From IMG/VR virus record IMGVR_UViG_3300031576_000053, positions 1-55,612 of that record: DNA of 55,612 bases; one strand, given 5' to 3'. This document shows positions 18,370 through 27,776 of this stretch, piece after piece. Under the pieces are notes generated by a model that worked only from the letters and a program-made list of their open reading frames with translations, was not told where the DNA came from and did not search any database. Numbering within the stretch: position 1 is the first letter of the stretch; every line of letters begins with the position of its first letter. The translations under genes were made by a program, and so were the position numbers. Source of the DNA: a virus. Its lineage: Duplodnaviria > Caudoviricetes.

Positions 18370-18887
18370 TCATCGTCGCCAAGACCGACAAGTCGAGCGG
18401 GCGCGTCGCGCGCGTAGAGATCCCTGAAGGCAAGGACGTGGTCGCCGTGCTGAACGCAGTGCTCGCTGGCTTGGGATTCAAGACCGCAACCGAAGATCCG
18501 CTGCACGACGAGATCATGGCGGCGAGAAAACAACGGGGCTCGGCTGTCAGCACGCAGCCTCCGAAAGCAGAGCCGCCAGCATTGGAGCTCCGCCAGTCCG
18601 AGTCCCGCCAGTCCGTCGGCGTCCGCGAAACTTCACGCGACGCCTACCGCAAGGCGAAGTGGTCCGGGAAGTTGACGCGCCAGCAGGAACAGATCGTCGC
18701 CTGGTTCCGGGGCCGAGCTGGGGATGCGACGCGCCAGGAGATCGCGCGGGGGACGGGGCTCGGGATCAACTGCGTGACGGGCCGGGTGAACGAGCTGCTT
18801 AATCCGGAGATCGGCGTCCTGCGCGAAGTTGGCAAGCGCAAATGCCGCGTGACCGGCGAGACCGCTAATGGCTTGGTGCTGGTATGA
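18366..18887 (+). CDS. Protein with a C-terminal winged HTH
   Basis: TRQEIARGTGLGINCVTGRVNELL..RKCRVTG. Confidence 0.65.
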   Translation: MIIVAKTDKSSGRVARVEIPEGKDVVAVLNAVLAGLGFKTATEDPLHDEIMAARKQRGSAVSTQPPKAEPPALELRQSESRQSVGVRETSRDAYRKAKWSGKLTRQQEQIVAWFRGRAGDATRQEIARGTGLGINCVTGRVNELLNPEIGVLREVGKRKCRVTGETANGLVLV

Positions 18888-19159
18888 GCAGGAATCTTGA
18901 CGGGTTGAAGAACCTGAACAAATCCGCAGCTATCGCGGATGATGCGGTCATAACTGAAATGAAAATGCTGTGGCCGGAAGGATCTAAGGTCGCCGTGATG
19001 TTGCAGTCCAATCATTCGAACGCGAGTCGATGCATCGTACTCGGCCATGACAGGTTCAGCTTGCGGTGTCGGCCTGGCCGACACCGCAAGCTCTATCACC
19101 AGCGAAGGATGGGAACGCCGAGAGCGGGAGTTCAGATTACACGAGGAAGGTGGATGTGA
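18884..19159 (+). CDS. Hypothetical protein or fragment
   Basis: ATGA coupling; runs into the methylase remnant. Confidence 0.35.
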   Translation: MSRNLDGLKNLNKSAAIADDAVITEMKMLWPEGSKVAVMLQSNHSNASRCIVLGHDRFSLRCRPGRHRKLYHQRRMGTPRAGVQITRGRWM

Positions 19160-19529
19160 TCATGGGGCTGCGCGAAACGGTCAACGGCCCGGTCCTGAAT
19201 CTGGCGTCGGCCCCGTGGCCGACGCCAGATTGTCCGAACGGTGGGAGGGTGCTGTCGGACGAACAGACGGTCTCCATGAAATCGAAGCACGGGCGCAAGG
19301 TGCAGGTTGGGCTGGAGAACGTCGCCAACCTGGCCCGGCCAACGGATTCTGGGCCGACGCCGAATGGATCGCCTGCAGGGACGGCAAAGCGCGCCCAATT
19401 GAACCCGGCACATTCCCGCTGGCTCATGGGGCTACCGCCCGAATGGGACGATTGCGCGCCTACGGAAACAGCCTCACAGCTACGCAAGCGGCGGAGTTCG
19501 TCCGCGCCTACATGAGCCTGAGACCTTGA
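19047..19529 (+). pseudogene. C-terminal remnant of a phage C5-cytosine methyltransferase with an overlapping WPTP-repeat frame
   Basis: One frame reads [36 protein letters not shown]; another (19066-19515) reads [19 protein letters not shown]; no N-terminal FxGxG or PC motifs. Confidence 0.65.
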
Positions 19530-19723
19530 ACGGCAAGCGCAACCACCTCGGCCAGCGCGTCGGCGAATGGCACCAGCGCGCCAAGCAATCCGATGCCATG
19601 GTCCGCCGTGCCCTGGACATGCGGCGCGAAGGCCGGACCCTCGGCGAGATCGCCGAAGCCCTGGGCGTGAACGAGCGCACCGTCTGGGATTGGATCACCT
19701 ACCGGACGCGGGCCTCGGCGTGA
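19526..19723 (+). CDS. Small HTH protein
   Basis: GEWHQRAK..GRTLGEIAEALGVNERTVWDW. Confidence 0.7.
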   Translation: MNGKRNHLGQRVGEWHQRAKQSDAMVRRALDMRREGRTLGEIAEALGVNERTVWDWITYRTRASA

Positions 19724-20145
19724 GCCGCATGCTTCGGCTCTCCGAGGAGCAGTTCGCGGCCCTGCGTCGAAGGCTAAAGACGCCCGCTTCGCAAAGGATA
19801 GCGAAGACTTTGCCGACGCGTTTGAAGCGCAGCAGCCTGGAGGCCGAGCTCGCTTGGCAGATGGACGCGGCGGGGCTCGCCTACGTCTCCGAATACCGCT
19901 TTGACCCGGTGCGGCGCTGGCGTGTGGACTTCGCCTTCCTGCCTCAGAGGCTGGCGGTCGAGATCGACGGAGGTGTACACAGGATCAAGGATCGGTTCGA
20001 GCGTGACCCAGAGAAGCACAACGCGCTCGTTCTGGCGGGATGGCGGTTGTTGCGGTTCTCCGCGCCTATGGTGCGCGGCGGCCATGCCCTGCTGACGATT
20101 CGCCGTGCGGTTGTAGCCTTTGGCGAGGCGGCAGGCCGCGATTGA
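19720..20145 (+). CDS. DUF559/Vsr-like endonuclease (possible resolvase)
   Basis: EYRFDPVRRWRVDFA..LAVEIDGGVH..D.EKHN..GWRLLRF. Confidence 0.8.
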   Translation: MSRMLRLSEEQFAALRRRLKTPASQRIAKTLPTRLKRSSLEAELAWQMDAAGLAYVSEYRFDPVRRWRVDFAFLPQRLAVEIDGGVHRIKDRFERDPEKHNALVLAGWRLLRFSAPMVRGGHALLTIRRAVVAFGEAAGRD

Positions 20146-20172
20146 ACGCCGAGCTATAATTGCCCCCCGCAG

Positions 20173-20652
20173 ATGAAGCAGCGCGAGCCCCTCCTAGACG
20201 AGCCCGCCGAGGACGAGTGGCCCACCCACGAGGCGCTGCTCAACTGGGCGGAGTGGTGCCGGGTCAGGCGGCGCCCCGGACGGTGCTTCTCGGCCGAGGG
20301 GCACTACCGGCCGCCGGCCGGGAACGTCTACCATCCGCCCGAGCCGCGCCGCGCCCTCGACCCGCTCGCCGCCGAGCGGGTGAACGGGGCGCTCCTGGCC
20401 CTCCCCGAGAAGTGCCGGCGGGCGCTTCACTGGCGCTACCACCTTCAGGCCCCGGATCGCGTGATCGCCAAGGCCCTCGCTCTGCGCCCGACGGCCTACC
20501 AGGCGTTCATCAGGGCGGCCAGGCTGATGCTGCGCAACGTTTTACTTTTCCGGCGATCTAAGCCTATAATTCGCGCTGACAATCCGGCCCCCGAAGTAGA
20601 TGCCCGCAGGCGGGGCGTCTTTTACCCCGCGGGGGCGTTGGTTTCGGTCTAG
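20173..20652 (+). CDS. Q-like late antiterminator
   Basis: LLNWAEW..SAEGHY..AERVNGALLALP..ALHWRY; located immediately before the late genes. Confidence 0.6.
   Translation: MKQREPLLDEPAEDEWPTHEALLNWAEWCRVRRRPGRCFSAEGHYRPPAGNVYHPPEPRRALDPLAAERVNGALLALPEKCRRALHWRYHLQAPDRVIAKALALRPTAYQAFIRAARLMLRNVLLFRRSKPIIRADNPAPEVDARRRGVFYPAGALVSV
20541..20570 (+). promoter_or_regulatory. Late promoter (pR'-like)
   Basis: TTTACT-N18-TATAAT, followed by a GC hairpin and T run at ~20587-20623. Confidence 0.65.
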
Positions 20653-20743
20653 GGGTTTCACCCCGCGCGCTCGGCAATCTTGCCTTCTCCTCCCTTGGGC
20701 TTTGGGGGCGCGGGTCCTTCTGTTGTTTCCGGTAGAGGTTGCG

Positions 20744-21100
20744 ATGCCAAGGGCTGCGTTCCGGCAATGCCCCGCCCCGGGCTGCGGCGCCCTGACCTCG
20801 GGCGGCCCCTGCGAGCGGCACAGGCCCAAGGACGAGCGCCGACATCGGCACGCCGTCTACAACCTTCGGGCGTGGCGCGACCGCCTGAGGCCCGCGAAGC
20901 TCGCGGCGAACCCGCTCTGCGAGGACTGCGAGAGGCGCGGGAAGCTCGTTGCCGCGACCGACGTTGATCACGTGGACGGGGACGAGTGGAACTGGGCGTG
21001 GGAGAACCTTCAGAGTCTGTGCCACCCCTGTCACTCGCGGAAGACGGCCGCGACGCAAGGCGGGTTCGGGAACAAGATCAAGGGGTTAGGGGGGGCGTAA
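20744..21100 (+). CDS. Terminase-associated HNH endonuclease (HK97 gp74-like)
   Basis: MP...C..PGC..C..H; PLCEDC..VDH..NLQSLCHPCHSRKT; upstream of terS. Confidence 0.9.
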   Translation: MPRAAFRQCPAPGCGALTSGGPCERHRPKDERRHRHAVYNLRAWRDRLRPAKLAANPLCEDCERRGKLVAATDVDHVDGDEWNWAWENLQSLCHPCHSRKTAATQGGFGNKIKGLGGA

Positions 21101-21222
21101 GTCTGTGGCCGTGCGCCCGGCGGCCTTGCGGCTATCAGTTTATCCACGGGGGCAAGATAGGCCGGCCGAAGCTAGAAGGCTATATGACTGACTTGCGCAA
21201 CGCTTTGAACCAATAGGGAAAC
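21090..21222. other. Probable cos-site region
   Basis: G run and GC-rich spacer between the HNH and terS, the usual HK97-like cos position; exact cut site not identifiable. Confidence 0.4.
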
Positions 21223-21702
21223 ATGCCCGGTCCGGCGAAGATGGCCCCAGAGCTAAAGGTCTTGGCGGGGACGTTCCGCAAGGGCCGGGACGCGCCGACG
21301 GACAAGGCCGGCCCAGAAACGCAGGAAACGGACTCGGCGCCTCGGTTCGACCTGGTAGAGCAATTGCCCGCGTTGCCGAGGGGGCTGCGCGGCGAGGGGC
21401 GCGCGATGTGGCGCACGCTCGGCCCGATCCTGGTGCGCTGCGGGCAGCTCCAGAAGCCGGACCTGTACGCGTTCGAGCAGCTCTGCCGGCTCTGGGGCGA
21501 CGTGAAGCGCAAGTGGGAGAACGGCACCACGGTAACGCCCGCCGAGAACACGATGCTTAACACGCTGTTCAACTCATTTGGAATCAACCCAACGGCCAGA
21601 CGCCGCGTCGTGCGATACCTCGCGCCGCCCGCGCCCGCCGGGGCTGGCAAGCCGAACAGGTTCGCCGGCCACGGCAAGCGGCCCGGGGGCCAGGCGCCTT
21701 GA
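21223..21702 (+). CDS. terS: Terminase small subunit (P27-like)
   Basis: MPGP..LKVLAGT..W..L..D..FEQLC..FGINPTAR. Confidence 0.85.
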   Translation: MPGPAKMAPELKVLAGTFRKGRDAPTDKAGPETQETDSAPRFDLVEQLPALPRGLRGEGRAMWRTLGPILVRCGQLQKPDLYAFEQLCRLWGDVKRKWENGTTVTPAENTMLNTLFNSFGINPTARRRVVRYLAPPAPAGAGKPNRFAGHGKRPGGQAP

Positions 21703-23380
21703 CCACGCGGCGCGCGCGGTGCGCTACGCGCGGGCTGCGGTGCGGGACGAGGCGGGCGAGCGGCACGGGCGGTGGTTGAGGCTCGCCGCGGCGCGGTTTC
21801 TGTGGGACTTGGCGCGCGCGCGGCGCGGGACGGCGGGCTTCGGGTTCGACCCCTGGAGCGCGAACGACGCCTGCGAGTTCATCGAGAAGCTACCGCACGT
21901 CGAGGGCACCTGGGAGAGCCCGACGCTCAGGCTTCACGACTCGCAGGTCTTCTTGGTTGCGCAGGTATTCGGATTCCGGAACCGGGGGGGCGGGCGGCGC
22001 TTCACGGGGGTGTTGCTCAACGTCGCGAGAAAGTACGGGAAGAGCACGCTCGCGGCGGCGATCCTGCTCTACTGCCTTTGCTGCGAGGACGAGGCTGGCG
22101 CGCAGGTTATCACCGCGGCGAAGACGGGGCAGCAGGCGCGTATCGTCTTCAGCTACGCGAAGCGCATGGTCGAGCAGACGCCGGACCTTCGCGAGTGGTA
22201 CGGCCTGGAGCCGTTCGCGAACGCGATCGCACGCTGGCAGATCGGCGGCACGTTCAAGCCGATCAACGCCAAGGCGTCCTCGCAGGACGGGCTGAACCCG
22301 AGCCACTGCGTGCTCGACGAGATCCACGCGCACCAGACCCACGATCTGCTGAACGTGCTGCGCTCCGCGGCGGGCGCGCGAGCCAACCCGCTTTGGCTCT
22401 ACACAACGAGCGAGGGTTACGAGACGCCCGGGCCTTGGCCGGACCTGCGGGCGATGGCGCAGAACGTGCTGTTGCGCACGTTCGAGGCCGACCACTTTCT
22501 CGCGCTGATCTTCGCGCTCGACGACGACGATGCGGAGTTCGACGAGACGCGCTGGGTCAAGGCAAACCCGGTGATCGGATCAAACGCCATCCTTCTACGC
22601 GAGGTCCGCAAGGAGGCGGCGGAAGCGCGGCAGATGCCTGGCCATGCGGCGGAGTTCCGCATCAAGCGCCTGAACCGCCGGTCGGCAGCAGCGAAGAGCT
22701 GGGTGGACCTTGAACGGTGGCGGGCTTGCGCCGGCGCGGTGGACCTAGAGGCACTGCGGGACCGCGACTGCTGGGCGGGCCTTGACCTCGCGAGCACGAA
22801 GGACTTGTGCGCCTTGCGCCTCGTCTGGCCGGTGGACGGGATCTGGTTCACCTGGGGCTGGCGGTGGGTGCCGGCGCTCGCGGTCGCGCAGCGGACGGAG
22901 CGCGGCACGGTGCCCTACGCGAGCTGGGTGGCGCAGGGGTTGATCAAGCAAACCGAGGGCGAGGTCGCCGACTACGCGGAGATCGAGCGGGACATCGACG
23001 CGCTTTGCGAGCGGTTCCTGCGGATCAAGGAGATCGCCTTCGACCCGTGGAACGCGACCGAGCTTTCGAGCCGGATGATGGAGAAGAGCAGGATCATGGT
23101 GGCGTTCCGCCAGGGCGCGAAGAGCTATCACCCGGCGATGCAGGCGCTGGAGCGGATCTACTACGCGAAGATGCTGCGGCACGGCGGGGACCCCGTTCTG
23201 ACCTGGTGCGCGGCGAACCTGGTGCCGCGCTTCGATCCGAACATGAACATGGCGCCCGACCGGCAACGGAGCGGGGAGAAGATCGACGACATGGCCGCGT
23301 TGCTGATGGCGATCGGGCGGGCGGTGGCGGGCGGGGACCAGAGCAGCGTCTACGACACGAGAGGGGTAATCGCGCTATGA
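21671..23380 (+). CDS. terL: Terminase large subunit (start uncertain)
   Basis: VARKYGKST Walker A, VLDEIH Walker B, GLDLAS nuclease, KIDD. Confidence 0.93.
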   Translation, partial: TASGPGARRLDHAARAVRYARAAVRDEAGERHGRWLRLAAARFLWDLARARRGTAGFGFDPWSANDACEFIEKLPHVEGTWESPTLRLHDSQVFLVAQVFGFRNRGGGRRFTGVLLNVARKYGKSTLAAAILLYCLCCEDEAGAQVITAAKTGQQARIVFSYAKRMVEQTPDLREWYGLEPFANAIARWQIGGTFKPINAKASSQDGLNPSHCVLDEIHAHQTHDLLNVLRSAAGARANPLWLYTTSEGYETPGPWPDLRAMAQNVLLRTFEADHFLALIFALDDDDAEFDETRWVKANPVIGSNAILLREVRKEAAEARQMPGHAAEFRIKRLNRRSAAAKSWVDLERWRACAGAVDLEALRDRDCWAGLDLASTKDLCALRLVWPVDGIWFTWGWRWVPALAVAQRTERGTVPYASWVAQGLIKQTEGEVADYAEIERDIDALCERFLRIKEIAFDPWNATELSSRMMEKSRIMVAFRQGAKSYHPAMQALERIYYAKMLRHGGDPVLTWCAANLVPRFDPNMNMAPDRQRSGEKIDDMAALLMAIGRAVAGGDQSSVYDTRGVIAL

Positions 23381-23402
23381 CGCTCAAGACAGAGAAGGTG
23401 GC

Positions 23403-23564
23403 GTGATCGCCGTGAAGCCGCATGATTGGTTGTTGCTCGCGGGCTGCGCGATGCTGATTAGCGGGGTCGCCTGGGTCTACGCGCCCGCGGGGCTGATCCT
23501 CGCGGGGCTTGTCCTGGTGCGTGCGCACGCAAAGATCGAGGCGAGGAGGCAGCCGGATGCTTGA
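23403..23564 (+). CDS. Small membrane protein between terL and portal
   Basis: 53 aa, DWLLLAGCAMLISGVAWVYAPAGLILAG; overlaps the portal start. Confidence 0.65.
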   Translation: MIAVKPHDWLLLAGCAMLISGVAWVYAPAGLILAGLVLVRAHAKIEARRQPDA

Positions 23565-25038
23565 GGGCCTAAAGGTTATGCTCGGTGACGCGTACCGCGC
23601 ACTCGGTGTCGCATTTCGCGCCTCGCCCGAGAACCCCTCGACGAGCCTCTCGAACCCGGCGCAGTGGCTGCTCGAATGGGCTGGTGGTGGCCCCTCGGCT
23701 TCCGGGGTCGCCGTCACGGAGGACAAGGCGCTCGGCGTCCCGATCGCCTACGCATGCGCGAGCCTCGTTTCGCGCGTGCTCGCCTCGCTCCCGGTGCACG
23801 TCTACCGCCGCTCGGGCAAGTTTGCCGAGCCCGCCCCTGAGCACTGGGCGCAGCCGCTGCTCGCCGAGGCGCCGAACCTGCTCCATACGGCCTTCGTCTG
23901 GCGGGAGATCGTGGCGTTACACGCGCTTTTTTGGGGGAATCACTACTCCGCGATCACGCTAGACCCGCGCGGTGAGGTGACGTTCCTGCCGCTACTACCG
24001 TGGAACGTGCGGGTGCGGCTCACGACGACCGGCGACCGCAAGGTGTACGTCGCGCGGCTCGCGGACGGCGTGGACAAGGAGCTCCGCGAGGACCAGATCC
24101 TGCACATCCCCGCCCTGGGCTCCGACGGGCTGACGGGAATCTCGCCCGTGCGGCGGCTGCGCAATATGTACGGCCTCGCGATCGCAACGGAGAACTTCGG
24201 CGCGAAGTTCTTCGCGAACGACGCCCGCCCGAGCGTGATCATGGAGATGCCCGGGAAGATGGACGAGAAGGCGCAGAAGAACCTCGTCACCTCGCTCTAC
24301 GAGAAGTTCTCCGGCGCCGAGAACCGCTGGAAGGTGCTCGTGCTGGAGCAGGGCGCGAAGATGCACATGGTGCAGATGCCGCTGGAGGACGCGCAGTTCC
24401 TTCAAACCCGCATGATGGAGGACTCGCAGATCTGCGCCGCGTTCGGCGTGCCGCCCCACATGATCGGCCTGACCGAGAAGACGAGCAGCTGGGGGACCGG
24501 CGTGGAGCAAATGTCCATCGGGTTCTCCAAGTACACGATGGTCCCGTGGTGCCGGAAGATCGAGATGGAGCTGCGGCGCAAGGTCTTCACGGACGGCGAG
24601 CACTTCGCGAAGTTCGACCTGAACGGCCTCGAGCGTGGCGACTACAAGAGCCGCATGGAGGGCTACCAGATCGCGGTGATGAACGGCATCAAGACGCGGA
24701 ACGAGGTGCGCGAGCTCGAGGACGACCCGCCGCTCGCCGACGGGGACGTGGCGCTGGTGCCGGCGAACCTGACCACGATGGAGAAGCTCCAAGCCGAGCC
24801 GAAGGAACCCGCCGCGCAGGGCGAGGACGGCGCGCGCGGCGTGACGGTGACCGTCGCCCCGCCCGCCGTGACGGTGAATGCGCCCCCCGTCAACGTCGCC
24901 CCGCCCGCCGTGACGGTGAACATTGAGGGCAACAAGAAAAACAAGCGTGAGTTCGAGTTCATCGAGGACGAGGATGGGCGCATCCGCGGCATGCGCGAGA
25001 AGCGCGAGCCCGAGCCCGAGCGAGGGGCCGGCGGGTGA
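23557..25038 (+). CDS. HK97-family portal protein with a C-terminal extension
   Basis: LFWGNHY..ILHI..GISP..EDAQFLQTR..FGVPPHMIG..NEVRELED; GGAGG RBS. Confidence 0.95.
   Translation: MLEGLKVMLGDAYRALGVAFRASPENPSTSLSNPAQWLLEWAGGGPSASGVAVTEDKALGVPIAYACASLVSRVLASLPVHVYRRSGKFAEPAPEHWAQPLLAEAPNLLHTAFVWREIVALHALFWGNHYSAITLDPRGEVTFLPLLPWNVRVRLTTTGDRKVYVARLADGVDKELREDQILHIPALGSDGLTGISPVRRLRNMYGLAIATENFGAKFFANDARPSVIMEMPGKMDEKAQKNLVTSLYEKFSGAENRWKVLVLEQGAKMHMVQMPLEDAQFLQTRMMEDSQICAAFGVPPHMIGLTEKTSSWGTGVEQMSIGFSKYTMVPWCRKIEMELRRKVFTDGEHFAKFDLNGLERGDYKSRMEGYQIAVMNGIKTRNEVRELEDDPPLADGDVALVPANLTTMEKLQAEPKEPAAQGEDGARGVTVTVAPPAVTVNAPPVNVAPPAVTVNIEGNKKNKREFEFIEDEDGRIRGMREKREPEPERGAGG
24852..24920 (+). repeat. 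27-bp direct repeat (two copies) in the portal extension
   Basis: CGTCGCCCCGCCCGCCGTGACGGTGAA at 24852 and 24894, encoding VAPPAVTVN. Confidence 0.85.
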
Positions 25039-25418
25039 ACCAGCGCTACGACCGCGGCCGGGAGGCCTTCGGCGAGGCCGAGATCAACTGGGCCAAGGAC
25101 CAGATCGTCGCGTACCTCGTGAGCAACGCCTACGTGCCGAAGGTCGGCAAGCACCGCACCGTGAGCGACCTGAGCGACATCGTCGCCGGTCCGGTCGCGC
25201 TCGAAGGCAAAACGATCAAGGACGGTTATGCGGCAGCGGGGCAAGTGGTGTTCGAGGCCGTGAAGGCGGAGGCGATGATCCGCGCCATGGTGATCGCGAA
25301 GAAGAACGCCGCCCTGATCGCGTACATGGACGAGGTGACCGGGTTCCCGATGCGCTCGAACGGCGGCGACGTGGTGATTGCCACGCCAAAGGACAAGCCG
25401 TGGTTCTTCCGCCTGTAG
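25035..25418 (+). CDS. Putative virion structural protein
   Basis: INW..I.A.LV..Y..H..LIAYMD..GFP..NGGDV; coupled to the portal gene. Confidence 0.65.
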   Translation: MNQRYDRGREAFGEAEINWAKDQIVAYLVSNAYVPKVGKHRTVSDLSDIVAGPVALEGKTIKDGYAAAGQVVFEAVKAEAMIRAMVIAKKNAALIAYMDEVTGFPMRSNGGDVVIATPKDKPWFFRL

Positions 25419-25596
25419 GTTTTGGGGGCTAACGGGAAGATGCCACTCGCGGTGCTGGCCCTCACGCACGGCCGGTTAGAGTTCTATACGCCGTTGGAGT
25501 CCAGGCTATACGGGTGAGCGCGCGGCGCCAGTTCGTGCAGGCGTAGTAGGTGCCGCTCGTTTCCGAGGGACTTCCGGCGATGACTCCGAGGATTTG

Positions 25597-25782
25597 ATGC
25601 ACACCCTTTCCTTCGACTCAGAAACCGGCACCGACGCCATGTTCCGTTGCACGTCTTGCGGCCAGATCATCGGGTTCAAAAAGCCCGGCATAGGCGAACC
25701 CGCCGCAGTCCCGTTGGAAGGTGGCGGATGGACACACCCGGATAATTTCGACCAGTGGATGGTGCTATGCGAGCCAACCTGA
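25597..25782 (+). CDS. Small CxxC protein
   Basis: GAGG RBS; FRCTSCG. Confidence 0.5.
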   Translation: MHTLSFDSETGTDAMFRCTSCGQIIGFKKPGIGEPAAVPLEGGGWTHPDNFDQWMVLCEPT

Positions 25783-25871
25783 AGCCTATTCACTCCAAGC
25801 GCCTTGAGCGCTGGCTCGGCACCGAACGCATCGAAGTCTTGAGCCGCAAAATGAATGTTGACAACCTATGA
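25767..25871 (+). pseudogene. 34-aa stub paralogous to the N-terminus of the next gene
   Basis: IHSKRLERWLGTERIEVLS versus THSQRLERWVGSERLELIS. Confidence 0.65.
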
Positions 25872-27016
25872 TCTTCACTCCGTCTCGGCAACACGCGAGC
25901 ACCCATTCCCAGAGGCTTGAGCGCTGGGTTGGGAGCGAACGGCTTGAGTTGATCTCGGGAGCGATGCGCAACTGGCCGCGAGGCGCGCCCCCGATTCACC
26001 TGCTCGACGTGCCAGGCTCGGTGCGGGTCTGCGGGGGCGGGGATTTCAGCGGGCCGTTCGAGCGCGGAATGTTTTTCTCCGCGATGGATGCGTTCGAAGC
26101 CGCCATCAAGCGGGCGGTGCGCGGGACTGGGAGGGTTCACTACGGAGTCCTGAACGCGGGGTTCGCCTCGATCTCTGACGCGCTCTCGCAGGCTTCGCAA
26201 GGGTTCGTCCAATACCCTGCGGGGGTATTCAACAAGGTCGGACCGACGGGGGTGTTGGGCGTCACGACGAGCCTGCACAAGATCGGCCCTCAACCCGCCG
26301 CCGGTGTTGCCGCCGCCGCCGCGCCGGGCGGGACGGCATACGTCGATTCCGACACCGGTGGGATGGGGTTCGCCAACCCCGCGGTCGGCACGCTCCGGCT
26401 CACGGGGGCGAACGTCACCTGCTCGGCGATCAACAATTCGCTTCTTCTCTACGACCGCATCTTCGGCGTGGCAAAGACGATGAACAGCACAGCCACCGAG
26501 GCGGTGACTGGCGTGCCGACGCGCTACCAGGACACGGTTGCAACCGCTGAGGGCTACATCGGTGGCAATTTCGGTTTTGTCGAGGTCGGTCTTACCGCGC
26601 TTGCCGCGACGGCGCACAACTGGACGGTTTGCACCTATCTCGATCAGGCGAACGCGGCGAGCACGCTGCCCTCGCTCACGGGCAACTCAGCCGCGATCAC
26701 CCACCGGCTGGACCACCCGGTGCAGCAGTTCTTCGCTCCGCTCGCCTCTGGAGACACCGGCATCAAGGCGTGGACGCAGATGCAAGCCTCGGCGCTCGTC
26801 GCGACCGGGTTGATCGACTTCGTCATCGGCCACCCCATCGGGTTCATGTCCTTCCTGGTGAGCAACTCGGTGATACCCTTCGATTGGTTGACGAACCAGG
26901 ATCAAGCGCCGCGCATCTTCGACGATGCCTATCTCGCGTTCCTTGAGATCAACAAGCCTGGGTCGGGCACCACCACCTACACGGGACGCATCGCAGCGAC
27001 GAGCACTAGCTCATAA
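25868..27016 (+). CDS. Unknown 382-aa putative virion protein
   Basis: Long ORF rich in G/A/T, beta-rich appearance, within the head module. Confidence 0.7.
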   Translation: MIFTPSRQHASTHSQRLERWVGSERLELISGAMRNWPRGAPPIHLLDVPGSVRVCGGGDFSGPFERGMFFSAMDAFEAAIKRAVRGTGRVHYGVLNAGFASISDALSQASQGFVQYPAGVFNKVGPTGVLGVTTSLHKIGPQPAAGVAAAAAPGGTAYVDSDTGGMGFANPAVGTLRLTGANVTCSAINNSLLLYDRIFGVAKTMNSTATEAVTGVPTRYQDTVATAEGYIGGNFGFVEVGLTALAATAHNWTVCTYLDQANAASTLPSLTGNSAAITHRLDHPVQQFFAPLASGDTGIKAWTQMQASALVATGLIDFVIGHPIGFMSFLVSNSVIPFDWLTNQDQAPRIFDDAYLAFLEINKPGSGTTTYTGRIAATSTSS

Positions 27017-27061
27017 TGATGCGTGCTGCCGATGAAACAGTGGGTAAGGTGGTGATCTGAC

Positions 27062-27310
27062 GTGAGCGGCCTGCGCAGTCTAAAGTTGCGTAGCGGGCAG
27101 CTCATCTGGACGCCGCTGATCGGGTTCTGGCAGGCTCCGAAGACTCTTGATGCAGCAGACCCGCAGATTCCGAACCTGCCGTTGCTCTCTTCGGCGGACC
27201 AGATAGATCAATGGATGGCGGCGATGAACCGCCCCTGGCGAGACATAGTTTTTTCGCAGCCCAAGACGATGTCATCCGGGATGACACCGCCAGATACGAT
27301 GCCGACCTAA
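27062..27310 (+). CDS. Hypothetical protein
   Basis: GGTGGTG RBS-like element; fills the operon gap. Confidence 0.45.
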   Translation: MSGLRSLKLRSGQLIWTPLIGFWQAPKTLDAADPQIPNLPLLSSADQIDQWMAAMNRPWRDIVFSQPKTMSSGMTPPDTMPT

Positions 27311-27322
27311 AGGAGAAATGCC

Positions 27323-27775
27323 ATGGCAAGTTACAACGCATCCCACCAGACGCCCGCAGGGACGAACCTCACGATCATGGTGCTCGCCTCGGCGGCCGCC
27401 GCTCGCGGGAGGATTCACCAGTTGATCATCGGCTCGGACGCGACGCCAGCGGACGTCGCCACCGAGTTCGCCGTCCTGCGGCACACGGCCGCCGCAGTCG
27501 GCGGCACGGCGCTCACCGAGAAGCCAACGGACCCGACGATGCCGGCCGCATCCTGCGTGGCGACCGGCGGTACGATGACCGAGCCGACCTACGAGGCGGT
27601 CGCGACCGAGGGGCTGCTCCAGATCGCGCTCAATCAGCGGGCGACCTTCACCTGGATCGCGAACCCGGGTCGGGAGCTCGCGACCGTGGTCGGGACGGCG
27701 AACGGGATCGGGCTCCGCTCCATCGCCTCCGGCGGGACGCCCAACATCAACGCCACCATCGCCTGGGATGAGTGA
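27323..27775 (+). CDS. Putative virion/decoration protein (150 aa)
   Basis: AAGGAG RBS; A/T/G-rich, ends ATIAWDE. Confidence 0.7.
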   Translation: MASYNASHQTPAGTNLTIMVLASAAAARGRIHQLIIGSDATPADVATEFAVLRHTAAAVGGTALTEKPTDPTMPAASCVATGGTMTEPTYEAVATEGLLQIALNQRATFTWIANPGRELATVVGTANGIGLRSIASGGTPNINATIAWDE

Positions 27776-27776
27776 A

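Noticed and set aside
25419-25596. Possible ncRNA or tRNA in the intergenic gap
   Set aside because: No cloverleaf or convincing conserved structure is visible by eye; I saw no tRNA or rRNA anywhere in the window.
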